Positions 8,298 to 18,800 of a DNA stretch of 63,842 nt are shown here, piece by piece (within the stretch, counting starts at the first letter, position 1; every line of letters starts with the position of its first letter). Location of the stretch: assembly GCA_027310365.1 (NCBI GenBank), contig DAIDAY010000002.1, positions 1 through 63,842 of the forward strand, in the 5' to 3' direction. Both the position numbers and the translations under genes were made by a program. The DNA comes from a bacterium (GTDB taxonomy: Bacteria > Patescibacteriota > Minisyncoccia > UBA6257 > GWB1-50-10). The notes beneath the pieces are model-generated. The model was not told where the DNA came from. It did not search any database and saw nothing but the letters and a program-made list of their open reading frames with translations.

Positions 8298-9566
8298 ATG
8301 ACAAAACCGCAAAGATTCAAGTTGAAGAACGGACTCCGCGTCATCCTCGTGCCGGAGTCCCAGAATTTGACGACAACCGTCATGGTTTCCGTCGAAGCCG
8401 GATCGGAATACGAAACGAAAGAAATCAATGGCTTGTCGCATTTTCTTGAACACATGTGTTTCAAGGGGACGCACAAGCGGCCGACGGCCATGGACATTGC
8501 TTCCGAACTCGACGGCTTGGGAGCGCAGTATAATGCTTTCACATCCCAGGAGTCCACGAGCTATTATGCGAAAGCCAAGAATGAAAATGCTGGAGAAATC
8601 TTGGATGTGGTCGCGGATATGTACCGAGATCCGATGTTTGAACATCAAGAAATTGAAAAAGAACGCGGTGTCATCATCCAGGAACTCAACATGTACGAGG
8701 ATACGCCGATGCGACGGGTGGCGGAACTCTTCATGAACGTCGTGTACGGCGACCAGCCGGCGGGATGGGATATCGGCGGGAAAAAAGAAATTATCCGGAA
8801 ACTTTCCCGCGACGACTTTATCGACTATCGGAGCAAGCACTATCTTCCGCAGGCGACGGTGGTCACTATCGCGGGGGGGCGCGCAAAGAAAGAGATGCTC
8901 AAAAAGGCCGAGGATTACTTCAAAGGATTGCCGGGCGGGAAAAAAGGAGCAAAACCGAAGACGAAAGAGTCGCAGCGGAAGCCAGCCGAACTCGTTTCGT
9001 TCAAAGATGTCGATCAATCTCACCTCGTTTTGGGCTTCCGGGCGTTCGACGTATACGACAAGCGGAAATACGCTCTCAGGGTCGCCGCCGATATTTTGGG
9101 CGGCGGCATGAGTTCGCGGCTGTTCCAAAAAGTGAGGGAAGAACTCGGCGCGGCGTACTACGTGCGCGCCGATGCGGATCTCTCCATTGATCACGGCCTC
9201 TTTGAAATGGCTGCGGGCGTCGAACACGAGAAAATCGACCTGGTGGTGAAAGCCGCTCTCAAGGAATTCAGTAGGGCGGGAAATGAAAAGATCGGCGCGC
9301 AGGAGCTCGCGCGCGCCAAAGAGCACCTCATCGGGAATTTATTTATGTCCCTCGAAGGATCCGACGAAATCGGTTCCTTTTACGCCGCACAGGAAATCTT
9401 TAGACTGGGCCTCTCGACGCCGCAGGAAGTCGCAAAGAAGATCAACGCCGTGACGGCGGACGAAATACGGAGCGCCGTACGGCAAATCGTCCGGAACGAC
9501 CGGCTGAATTTGGCGGTTATCGGGCCCTTCAAGAAGCGGAGTTTTCTTGATATATTAAGGGTGTGA
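8298..9566 (+). CDS. M16-family (pitrilysin/insulinase-like) zinc peptidase
   Basis: HFLEHMCFKGT (HxxEH) motif. The track ORF starts at a TTG (8256) inside the terminator hairpin; the ATG at 8298 (MTKPQRFKLKNGLRVILV) is the more plausible start. Confidence 0.9.
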   Translation: MTKPQRFKLKNGLRVILVPESQNLTTTVMVSVEAGSEYETKEINGLSHFLEHMCFKGTHKRPTAMDIASELDGLGAQYNAFTSQESTSYYAKAKNENAGEILDVVADMYRDPMFEHQEIEKERGVIIQELNMYEDTPMRRVAELFMNVVYGDQPAGWDIGGKKEIIRKLSRDDFIDYRSKHYLPQATVVTIAGGRAKKEMLKKAEDYFKGLPGGKKGAKPKTKESQRKPAELVSFKDVDQSHLVLGFRAFDVYDKRKYALRVAADILGGGMSSRLFQKVREELGAAYYVRADADLSIDHGLFEMAAGVEHEKIDLVVKAALKEFSRAGNEKIGAQELARAKEHLIGNLFMSLEGSDEIGSFYAAQEIFRLGLSTPQEVAKKINAVTADEIRSAVRQIVRNDRLNLAVIGPFKKRSFLDILRV

Positions 9567-10591
9567 ATCAATCGTCGCAAAAGTTGGAAGTAAGTTGGAC
9601 GGCGCTCTGGCGTATCTTCATTTTTGTTGGATTCGCCCTTCTCCTCTATTTCGCCCGTGCGGCCTTTGCGGTGCTTCTGATCGGCATTGTGCTTTCTTTG
9701 GGTATCGAACCGATCATCGCATTCTTGAGTGAAAAGCTGAAAATAGGAAGAGTGATGGCCACGGCAACCGTCTTCATAGTGGGCATTCTCACCCTTGCTC
9801 TCGTCGCATATATCGCCTTGCCGATCTTGATCGGCGAATTTGCAGGATTTCTCGCCAAGTTGAATCAGATCCTGCCGTCTTTGCCGGCAAGCCTGACCTC
9901 GATGTCCATCACGAGCGTCCAGTCGGGCATCAGTAAGGTCTCCGGATTTCTTGCGTCCATCAACTTGTCGTTCTCGGCAACCTTTCTTGCGATCTTGCAA
10001 AACATCGTTTTCATTTTTTCGACCATCATCGTCACGCTCTACCTTTCCATGGAGAAAAATGGAGCCGACCGGATGCTTCAAATCATCTTGCCCGAGAAAT
10101 ACGAGAAGGATGTCGTATCGATCTTCAGGGGTTTTGAAAAGAAAATGCGGCGATGGTTAGCTACCCAATTCGCCTTGAGCTTATTCGTCGGCGTCATGGT
10201 TTTCCTCGGCATGTTCTTGATCGGCGTGAAGTATCCCGCGATTCTGGGACTCTTAGCTGCCATTCTTGAAATCGTCCCCATCATCGGGCCGGTCATTACG
10301 GGCGCGCTTGCCTTTGTTGTCGCGGCGGGCGATTCCGTGGCGCTTGCGATTTACGCCGTGATTTTCTTCGTTTTGATACAGCAGCTCGAGAACCACGTTT
10401 TGGTTCCGCTCCTCATGGGAAAGAGCATGAAGGTACATCCGGTGGTGGTTCTCGTGTCAATCCTCGCGGGAAGCGAAGTCGCTGGCTTTACCGGCATCAT
10501 CCTTTCCGTCCCCATCGCGGTTCTCGTCCAGGAGATATTCAACTATCTTGCCGAGAAGCGATCCAAGAAACTGGAGCTGAGTATTGAGTAA
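9563..10591 (+). CDS. AI-2E (PerM/YhhT) family transporter
   Basis: GTG start overlapping the upstream stop. Multi-TM profile, with a C-terminal LENHVLVPLLMGKSMKVHP motif typical of the family. Confidence 0.8.
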   Translation: MNQSSQKLEVSWTALWRIFIFVGFALLLYFARAAFAVLLIGIVLSLGIEPIIAFLSEKLKIGRVMATATVFIVGILTLALVAYIALPILIGEFAGFLAKLNQILPSLPASLTSMSITSVQSGISKVSGFLASINLSFSATFLAILQNIVFIFSTIIVTLYLSMEKNGADRMLQIILPEKYEKDVVSIFRGFEKKMRRWLATQFALSLFVGVMVFLGMFLIGVKYPAILGLLAAILEIVPIIGPVITGALAFVVAAGDSVALAIYAVIFFVLIQQLENHVLVPLLMGKSMKVHPVVVLVSILAGSEVAGFTGIILSVPIAVLVQEIFNYLAEKRSKKLELSIE

Positions 10592-12060
10592 TGGAAAGGT
10601 TCTATCTGACAACAGCCATACCCTACGTGAACGCGCGGCCCCATGTGGGCCATGCGCTGGAATTTGTCGAGGCGGACGTTATCGCCCGCCATGAACGCTC
10701 GCGGAAGAAAGACGTTTATTTTTTGTCGGGGACCGACGAAAACGCCATCAAAAATCTCCAGGCGGCGGAGAAAGAGGGAATAAGCGTCGAAAAATTTGTT
10801 GCCCAAAACTCCGGTGCGTTCGAAGAGCTCCTCAAGGCGCTCAATGTGTCACATGATCAGTTCATCAGGACGACGGATAAAAAACACAAAGCGGGAGCGC
10901 AGGCATTGTGGCGCGCGACGGCAAAGGAGGATTTATACAAGAAGACGTACCGGGGATTATACTGCATCGGGTGCGAGCAATTTTATGAATCCGACGAATT
11001 GAATGAGAGGGGAGAATGTTCCGAACATCCCGGCAAGAAACTTGAAACCGTCGAAGAAGAAAATTATTTTTTCAAATTATCCCGCTACGAAGGATGGCTC
11101 CGCGAACTTATCGAGAGCGATCGCCTGAAGATCGTCCCCGAGGTTCGCAAGAACGAAATCTTGGCGTTTATCAAAAAAGGATTGAAAGATTTTTCCGTCT
11201 CGCGCCCGATTCAGCGGACGCACGGATGGGGGGTATCGGTTCCCGACGAGCCGCACCAGACGATGTACGTGTGGTACGACGCCTTGGCAAATTACATCAC
11301 GGCCTTGGGATATCCCGACGCCGGCGCTGAACTGTTCAAGAAATACTGGGCAAAAAGCGACGTTCGTCTCCACGTCATCGGGAAAGGAATCAGCCGCTTC
11401 CATACAGTCTATTGGCCCGCAATGCTCAAGAGTGCCGGGCTGCCCATCCCCACGGTGGAGTTTGTGCACGGATACGTGACGACGGATGGACAAAAAATCA
11501 GCAAAACGCTCGGGAACGTCATCGATCCCTCGGAGATCATCAAAAAATACGGAGCCGATCCGCTGCGCTATTATCTGCTCCGCGAAATCCCTGCGTACAC
11601 CGACGGCGACTTCACGTTCCGGAGACTGGAAGAGCGGTACAACGCGGACCTGGCGAACGGCTTAGGAAACTTTGCGGCGAGAGTTCTCGCTTTGGGAGAG
11701 CAGGTGGGGGATATGGCCGTTGCACGCGTAGAGAGGGAAGTGGACGAGAAGATCAAGGAAGAAAAAGAGATTTTGAAAAATAAGCTTGAAGAGTTCAAAT
11801 TTCATGAGTCGATCGGGGCGATCTGGGATCTTATCAAATGCGGCGATGAGATGGTGAACGACAAAAAGCCGTGGGCGATAGAGGGCCGGGAAGAAAAGGC
11901 GGCAGCAGTCTTCAATCTTGTCGCTATCTTGGACAATGTTGCGGTGATGCTGAATCCTTTCCTTCCGGAGACAGCGGCAAAAATAACCGAGAGCATTCAG
12001 TGGAGTGGCGATACGGTGAGGGTGAGGAAAGGCGGCCTCTTATTCCCCCGCTTGAAATAA
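10591..12060 (+). CDS. metG: methionine--tRNA ligase (short form, no C-terminal appended domain)
   Basis: PHVGHA (HIGH) and KISKTLGN (KMSKS) motifs. A Cys/His knuckle, CIGCEQF...CSEH. Confidence 0.95.
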   Translation: MERFYLTTAIPYVNARPHVGHALEFVEADVIARHERSRKKDVYFLSGTDENAIKNLQAAEKEGISVEKFVAQNSGAFEELLKALNVSHDQFIRTTDKKHKAGAQALWRATAKEDLYKKTYRGLYCIGCEQFYESDELNERGECSEHPGKKLETVEEENYFFKLSRYEGWLRELIESDRLKIVPEVRKNEILAFIKKGLKDFSVSRPIQRTHGWGVSVPDEPHQTMYVWYDALANYITALGYPDAGAELFKKYWAKSDVRLHVIGKGISRFHTVYWPAMLKSAGLPIPTVEFVHGYVTTDGQKISKTLGNVIDPSEIIKKYGADPLRYYLLREIPAYTDGDFTFRRLEERYNADLANGLGNFAARVLALGEQVGDMAVARVEREVDEKIKEEKEILKNKLEEFKFHESIGAIWDLIKCGDEMVNDKKPWAIEGREEKAAAVFNLVAILDNVAVMLNPFLPETAAKITESIQWSGDTVRVRKGGLLFPRLK

Positions 12061-12070
12061 TAAGAAAACC

Positions 12071-12943
12071 ATGACGCTTAAATTTTTTGATGCACATGCG
12101 CACGCGCACTTCGCGGCGTTCAAAGACGACTATCGCGAGACGATCCGGCGGGCGCTTGCGGCAGGCGTCGGGTTGATCAATGTCGGCACCCAAAAAAATA
12201 CTTCATGCCGCGCCGTCGAGGTCGCGCACGAGTTTGAGCGCAATCCGGTGTATGCGGCGATCGGATTGCATCCGATCCACACGGCGAAGTCGCATCACGA
12301 TGAGAATGAACTCGGCGGAGGCGAAGCGGCAAAGGCATTTACCAGCCGCGGTGAAGAGTTTGATTATGCATATTACAAAAAGCTGGCGCTTGATCTGAAG
12401 ACGGTCGCGATAGGAGAATGCGGCTTGGATTATTTTCACATCGAGGGAGATATTGAAGTGATGAAGAGGAAGCAAAGGGAGGCATTCCTGGAACAAATGA
12501 AGCTGTCGGGAGAGGTGAAAAAGCCGCTCATGATCCACTGCCGCGATGCGTTTAGCGATTTGATTGATGTACTAAGCGCTAACTACGAAACACTCAATAC
12601 CGGCAATCTGGGCGTGGTCCACTTTTTCACCGGCACTAAGGATGATGCGAAGAAACTCCTGGATCTTGGTTTTGGCTTTACCTTCGGCGGCACGGTTACC
12701 TACCCGCCGAAAGCCGGCATATCGGACTATAAAACCCTCGTCGAGTATTTACCTCTCGACCGAATTCTCTCGGAGACCGATGCGCCGTACGTCGCACCCA
12801 TCCCGTATCGCGGAAAGCGGAATGAGCCGGCGTACGTCGTGGAAACGGTAAAGAAGCTTGCCGAGATCAAGGGAATTTCCGTCGAAAAGATGGCGACGCA
12901 AACCGTCGAGAATGCCGAGAGGATTTTCGGAATCTCGCACTAA
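12071..12943 (+). CDS. TatD-family metal-dependent hydrolase
   Basis: FDAHAHAHF near the N-terminus and SETDAPYVAPIPYRGKRNEPAYV near the C-terminus. Confidence 0.9.
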   Translation: MTLKFFDAHAHAHFAAFKDDYRETIRRALAAGVGLINVGTQKNTSCRAVEVAHEFERNPVYAAIGLHPIHTAKSHHDENELGGGEAAKAFTSRGEEFDYAYYKKLALDLKTVAIGECGLDYFHIEGDIEVMKRKQREAFLEQMKLSGEVKKPLMIHCRDAFSDLIDVLSANYETLNTGNLGVVHFFTGTKDDAKKLLDLGFGFTFGGTVTYPPKAGISDYKTLVEYLPLDRILSETDAPYVAPIPYRGKRNEPAYVVETVKKLAEIKGISVEKMATQTVENAERIFGISH

Positions 12944-12959
12944 GTTATTTAGTCATGGC
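12943..12959. repeat. third (partial) copy of the palindrome core
   Basis: AGTTATTTAGTCATGGC matches 217-233 at 16 of 17 positions. It begins at the last base of the tatD stop codon. Confidence 0.7.
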
Positions 12960-12988
12960 CTTTTAACTTCGTGTAGAAAAAACAAAAA

Positions 12989-13018
12989 TCCCGCGGCGAA
13001 TCCATACCTGTCGCGGGA
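12989..13018. terminator. hairpin between convergent genes
   Basis: TCCCGCG...CGCGGGA (7-bp stem) flanked by A-runs on the plus strand, which read as T-runs on the minus strand. Confidence 0.5.
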
Positions 13019-13035
13019 GATTGAAAACAAAAAAT

Positions 13036-13058
13036 GAGCCAGTTTAAAGACGTGGCTC
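13036..13058. terminator. second hairpin between convergent genes
   Basis: GAGCCA-GTTTAAAGACG-TGGCTC. Confidence 0.35.
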
Positions 13059-13071
13059 GGGTCTGTTACTA

Positions 13072-14280
13072 TTATTTCCAGAAGAAATCTAAGATTTTCT
13101 TCTGGACATCCTCGGAGGGCGAGATAAATCCAGCAAAGCCGGATTCACTTCCGCCACCTACCCAATCACGAGGGTTACCAAGACCCGCATCATGAATCAG
13201 TTTGTTGATTTCATGATGCCGCGGGCCGAAATAAATCCACTTGTCCGGCGCAGCAACAATAAGCTCATCATAGGTGCCGAACATACGGTCGGTGTAGCAG
13301 GAAGTGTGTTTTTTGCATCGTACGATGCACTTCCTCCCGCGCCACTCCGCCGCTTGGATATCTCTGACCGCTTGGGCTTCCTCGTCGGGCGTTATGCCTT
13401 GAGCGCAGCGATCGGAGATGCGTATCGTTTCGATTTCCCCTTTCGTCGCGCCGGCTTTTTGAAGACCCGGTATCCACCACTTGTCGTTTACCGCGACAAG
13501 TTGCTGATACCGATTGAGTGGCACACCGAGTTCTTCAGCAACCTGCTCAATCGAAGATTTTTCACTCGAACGATCATCATCACTGTAAAAGTGATGATCG
13601 ATTGTCCTGCCACCCCAGCGGGCAGTGCCAGCAAGCTCCACCCCAACCACCTCGGTGTCGGGGTTTTGTGCAAGAACTTTCTCGACCCATTGCACAACCG
13701 GATTTTCCAGTTTCTCCCAGCTTGCTCCCCACGGCTGGGATGAGACAATCACGGTCTCACCGACGTCGTGAAGCAAGTTTATGATTTCGACCGCTTCAAG
13801 GTCGTTCCGGGGAACAACCCAAATTTTTTTCATTTCCTTTCCTTCCTTCGCGGAACCAGTAAACTGCATCTCGCCGTTTTCTTCCCAGGCGACACAATCT
13901 TGGTTCGCAAAAATTTTAATGTTGTAAGTAAGCTCCCTCATTCTATCGAGATCGCCGCATTTTCCTCGTGCAATCCAGATAGTTTCGGTTTGAACATCAC
14001 CCGTCGTCGAGAGTACCCACATCCCGCTTGCACATACAAGGTCAAGTAATCCGATTTTTGCAGCTTGTTGCTTAAAGAACTCAACAATTGCCACATCAAC
14101 CGGTTCGCCCGTTTTTTGAAGCGTTGGAATGTAGAGAGCGTCTCGACTATCATTTAATGCACGCCCAAACCTTTCTTGAGTTGGACCGCTTATTTGCGTC
14201 CACCAACCCATATCCGGCTCGAATGTGCATCCTCCTGTTTCCCGAACGGAAACAAAAGGATCAAAAACTAATCTCTTCAA
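13072..14280 (-). CDS. hypothetical protein, two-domain, with a DHH-like motif
   Basis: TTG start preceded by AAGGAG. The C-terminal half contains GVELAG...GGRTIDHHFYSDDD followed by SSIEQVAEELG, reminiscent of DHH phosphoesterase motif III. Motif I was not recognised, and the N-terminal 150 aa are unrecognised. Confidence 0.55.
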   Translation of the reverse strand: MKRLVFDPFVSVRETGGCTFEPDMGWWTQISGPTQERFGRALNDSRDALYIPTLQKTGEPVDVAIVEFFKQQAAKIGLLDLVCASGMWVLSTTGDVQTETIWIARGKCGDLDRMRELTYNIKIFANQDCVAWEENGEMQFTGSAKEGKEMKKIWVVPRNDLEAVEIINLLHDVGETVIVSSQPWGASWEKLENPVVQWVEKVLAQNPDTEVVGVELAGTARWGGRTIDHHFYSDDDRSSEKSSIEQVAEELGVPLNRYQQLVAVNDKWWIPGLQKAGATKGEIETIRISDRCAQGITPDEEAQAVRDIQAAEWRGRKCIVRCKKHTSCYTDRMFGTYDELIVAAPDKWIYFGPRHHEINKLIHDAGLGNPRDWVGGGSESGFAGFISPSEDVQKKILDFFWK

Positions 14281-14337
14281 TATTATTTTCTCCTTTTAAT
14301 TTGTGAGGTATGGCTTTTAGACCACACCTCGTTTTCG

Positions 14338-14775
14338 TCAATTTCCGGTTGGGGTTCCTTGACCCTCCGCTTGGAGGATCCAAACCTCCTCGCGATACCT
14401 GACGTACACGCGAGTTTGGCCCATTTTCTCACCAAGGTGGGAGGCGAGGTCATTTAACATTCCCTCGACCTCTTCGTTGGCGAGATGACTTCCGTAGAGA
14501 GGTGTAACCTCTCCTTGGAAGACAGCGTTCGGTTCGCTGCCACCGCCGGCCTTCCCATCGCCTTCCGGCCAGGCATAAACTACTTCGCCTGGCGTGAAAG
14601 TACCGGTGATGAAAGATTTCCCTAACGCGGCCCTCTCCATCATCCAGGACTTCGCCGCTTCGACCACCTCTATTAGGGTATGTTTCTTAGCGGAGTCACC
14701 GTACCCTTCCTGGGTGCCGACGGTGATGGCGAACGCGCGACGCTCGCCGCGAGAATTCTCAACAATTTTATACAT
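14338..14775 (-). CDS. hypothetical protein (145 aa)
   Basis: ATG at 14775 preceded by GGGGAGGAAAAT (a strong SD). MYKIVENSRGERRAFAITVGTQEGYGDS... shows no recognisable motif. It sits upstream of 13072..14280 on the same strand. Confidence 0.55.
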   Translation of the reverse strand: MYKIVENSRGERRAFAITVGTQEGYGDSAKKHTLIEVVEAAKSWMMERAALGKSFITGTFTPGEVVYAWPEGDGKAGGGSEPNAVFQGEVTPLYGSHLANEEVEGMLNDLASHLGEKMGQTRVYVRYREEVWILQAEGQGTPTGN

Positions 14776-14995
14776 ATTTTCCTCCCCAATATTTAACGTC
14801 GTTGGGACCGACTTTAATTGAAGAAAAAAGTTTAACATAAAGCCGAAACCTCAAGGATGTTTCAGCGCCTGCCCAGGTAGTGACCTGTTCCGCAAGCATG
14901 CCCGCTAGGGCGTAGGGAGGTTTCTTGTTTATTTTCTGGGTAAATTATGACATATATCAAGTCAAAAGTCAATATACAAATATCCTCATCGATAC

Positions 14996-15003
14996 TGCAT
15001 AAT
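14996..15003 (+). promoter_or_regulatory. candidate -10 region (TGCATAAT)
   Basis: CATAAT with an adjacent TG ends 7 nt before the ATG at 15011. No SD lies between. Confidence 0.35.
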
Positions 15004-15010
15004 ACGCTCT

Positions 15011-15682
15011 ATGCAAGCAGTCATACTGGCGGCGGGACTTGGCACGAGGATGAAAGATCTCACGGCAAGTACCCCAAAGCCGCTTTTGAAGATCGGCGAA
15101 AAAACGCTCCTCGAGTACAAACTGGAAAACCTCCCCGGTGAAATCAATGAGGTTATTTTGGTTGTGGGTTACCTCGGGGATCAAATCAAAGCGACGTTCG
15201 GCGAACGGCACCTCGGGAAGAAAATAACATACGTGGAACAGAAAGAACTGAAGGGTACCGGTCACGCTCTTTCTCTCTGCAAGCCTTTTCTCAGGGGAAG
15301 GTTTCTTATTTTGATGGGAGATGACCTTTACGCAAAAGAAGATTTGCAAAAGCTGATAAGCTATCCGCTGTCGGTTTTGGGATGCGAACTTCCGGAAGAT
15401 ATCCTCGGCGGGAAGCGGGCGGAAATAAAAGTGGATAGAGAAGGAAATATGATCGCAATAGACGAACGGGCGGAGGCAAAAAGGGGAATGCTCGAGAATG
15501 CAGCGGCATACGTCCTCGACGAAAGCTACTTCGACTACCCGCTCCAACTGGCCGACCCGACGTCGAGAGAATTCGGCTTGCCGCAGACGATGGCCCAGAT
15601 GGTTGAAGATGGTAAAGCGGTAAGGGTGGTGAGGGCGACATGGTGGAAGAAGATTGCTTGTCCGGAAGATTTGAGGTTTTAA
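15011..15682 (+). CDS. sugar-phosphate nucleotidyltransferase
   Basis: MQAVILAAGLGTRMKDLTASTPKPLL (GxGTR signature). Confidence 0.85.
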   Translation: MQAVILAAGLGTRMKDLTASTPKPLLKIGEKTLLEYKLENLPGEINEVILVVGYLGDQIKATFGERHLGKKITYVEQKELKGTGHALSLCKPFLRGRFLILMGDDLYAKEDLQKLISYPLSVLGCELPEDILGGKRAEIKVDREGNMIAIDERAEAKRGMLENAAAYVLDESYFDYPLQLADPTSREFGLPQTMAQMVEDGKAVRVVRATWWKKIACPEDLRF

Positions 15683-15892
15683 TCGAGGAGAGAATCATTT
15701 TCTCGGAACCGGGCGTTCGCTTGCTCCAGCGGCAAGCGCCACCCTGCGCTCTCGGCGCGTGACCCCCTGGAGACCAAGCTCACTCGCCTCCGAGGGCTTT
15801 CTCAAAAACAATTCTCTCCTCTCCTTTCTTTTTATTGGAATGAGCGAAGTAACCTTCAAAAAGAGGGTTTTTTTGGTTAGAATGAATCCATC

Positions 15893-18800
15893 ATGAAGAA
15901 GTATAATTTCAGCCGAATCGAGAAAAAGTGGCAGGCGAAGTGGCTGAAAGACAAGACGTACGAACCGAATATCGAAAAGCCCCGGAAGAAGGGGAAATTC
16001 TATAACCTTATGATGTTTCCGTACCCTTCGGCGGAAGGATTGCATGTCGGGAACATGTATGCCTTCACGGGGAGCGACATCTACGGCCGCTTCAAACGGA
16101 TGGAGGGGTACGACGTGCTCGAGCCGATCGGCTTGGACGGCTTCGGCATCCATTCGGAAAATTACGCACTGAAGGTAGGTACCCATCCGGTGAAACAATC
16201 GAAAGTTTCCGAGAAAAGGTTTTATCAGCAGCTCCGGATGATCGGGAATGGTTTTGCGTGGCAAGAACATGTTGAGACGTACGATCCCGAGTATTACCGC
16301 TGGACGCAATGGCTTTTCGTCCAGATGTGGAGGCACGGATTGGCGTACCGTAAGAAGCAGTCGGTGAACTGGTGCCCGAAGGATAAGACGGTCTTGGCCG
16401 ACGAGCAAGTCATCGCGGGAAAGTGCGAACGATGCGGCGCAGTCGTTGAAAAGAGGGAATTGGAGCAGTGGTTTTTTAAGATAACCGAATACGCCGGCAG
16501 GCTTTTGAAAAACTTGGATGCCATCGACTGGGCCGAAAAGGTGAAAATCGCCCAGCGGAATTGGATAGGGAAGTCCGAAGGTGCTCTTCTGAGATTTCGA
16601 CTGACGTCCGACGTCCCAAGTGTTGGCGTTAATATTAAGGACGTCGGACGTCCTTATCTTGAAGTTTTCACGACGCGGCCGGACACACTCTTTGGCGCGA
16701 CGTATGTGGTGCTGTCGCCTGAACACGAACTTGTTGAAAAGCTCAAAGATCGCATCTCAAATTTCAAAGAGGTTGCGGCGTATGCGAAGAAAGCGGCTGG
16801 TAAGTCGGACGAAGAACGGATTGCGGGGGGAAAAGACTTATCTTCGCATAAAGCTTCGGCGGAGCGCGGGAAAACCGGTGTTGAACTCAAGGGAATCAAA
16901 GCAATCAATCCGGCGAACGACGAAGAAATTCCCGTGTGGGTCGCTGATTACGTATTGGGCAGCTATGGCACGGGTGCGATTATGGCGGTGCCGGCCCACG
17001 ACGAGCGGGATTTTGAATTTGCGAAGAAGTTCGGCTTGCCGATCCGCCAGGTCATCGCTCTCGAGACCGGCATTCCCCGGCCCAGCGAAGAGCGTCGAGA
17101 TGGGGGATGTGGCGTCGTCTTCGACCCCCGGACTCAAAAATATGCCGTAGCCGTGCATCCCGACGGCATCGTGCGGCTCTTCGGCGGCGGATTTAATGAC
17201 GGGGAAGACGGAAGAGAAGGGACGCTTCACGAGATAGCGGAGGAAAGCGGCCTTTACGATTTCAGTCATGTGGAGGAAATCGGAACATGCTTCGCCCATT
17301 ACCGCAACCGCCGCAAGCAAGTATATCGATCGGGGTTGACGAAATGTTTTCTCGTCATTCTGCGGAGCGACAAAGTAAAAGAACGCCATCCTGAACCGCA
17401 CGAAGTAAACCTCCACCTTGAGTGGATGCCGGCGGCGGAGATTGTTAAAAATTGGAAAGGATACAACCAAGAACGCGACCTTGATCACTGGCTCGCTTTT
17501 CTTCGCGAGGGCGTAGCTCGTGCTATCGAACTTGGGTATGACACAACGAGCAATCCGGCTCATTTTCCTTCCGAGGCGCTTCTCGGTGTGGGCAAGGTTG
17601 TCAATTCGGGAAAATTCGACGGCGTAGATTCCGAAGAAGCGAAATGGGAAATCACGAAATTCGTGCATGGTGAAAAGAAAACGCAGTTCCATTTGCGCGA
17701 TTGGCTGATCTCACGCCAACGCTACTGGGGTCCGCCGATTCCGATGATCCGCTGCGAGGTGTGCGCCGCGGCAGGGAAGGGGGAAAACAAAGAAATGCCC
17801 GGCTGGTATGCCGTGCCTGAAAAGGATTTGCCGGTGAAACTTCCCATGGTCAAAGATTTCCGGCCGGAAGGGAAAGGAGAATCGCCGCTCGCTTCAGTGA
17901 AAACGTTTTACGAGGTGAAATGCCCTGCTTGCGGATCGAAAGCACAGCGCGAGACGGACGTTTCGGACACCTTTCTGGATTCTTCGTGGTACTATATCGG
18001 CTACCTCATGAAATGTAATAATGGAAAATTGAAAATTGGAGATTCCGCATTCGCGGAGCGAATGCGAGTTTGGTTGCCGGTCGACATGTACATCGGCGGC
18101 GCCGAGCATTCGGTTTTGCATCTGCTCTATTCCCGGTTCGTTTCGATGGCGCTCCATGACTGGGGGTTGGTTGATTTTGAAGAACCCTTCACGACATTCC
18201 GCGCTCATGGTCTCGTTATTAAGGAGGGTGCGAAGATGTCTAAGTCGAAAGGAAACGTGGTGAATCCCGACGAGTACATCAAGAAATTCGGGGCCGACGC
18301 GCTCCGGATGTATCTCATGTTCATGGCGCCTTTGGAGCAAGGCGGCGATTTCCGCGACAGCGGGATTTTGGGGATCACGCGTTTTCTCGATCGCGTGTGG
18401 AAGATAACTCAACGGGTGCTCGATCCGAAAAAGTCCGTGCATTCCGCTCCGGCGTTCGCCGACACGCATCATGTGCCCGATGGTTTCAAACGGATTCTCC
18501 ACAAGACGATAAAGAAAGTGACGGAAGACATCGAGAGCCTCCAATACAACACGGCGATCAGTGCCCTCATGATCCTTTTGAACGAAGCCGAGAAACAGGA
18601 AAAGGCGACCGGTTTGCCGCGTTATTTCTTCGAAGATTTTCTGAAACTGCTTGCGCCTTTCGCTCCGCACATAATGGAAGAATTGTGGCGCGAACTCGGA
18701 AACAAAAGTTCGATTCACCTTGAATCGTTGCCGGCGTATGAAGAAAAAATGCTGAAAGAAAATGCCGTCGAGGTAATCGTGCAGGTGAACGGCAAACGGC

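Noticed and set aside
8211-9326. A long antisense ORF (371 aa) opposite the M16 peptidase. Similar antisense or alternate-frame ORFs are 6553..7143, 7162..7950, 15695..16726, 16838..17692, 17894..18988, 27576..28178, 35260..35928 and 38814..39719.
   Set aside because: Each lies inside a gene with unmistakable conserved motifs on the other strand or frame. The translations are Arg/Pro/Gly-biased low-complexity sequence typical of antisense frames.
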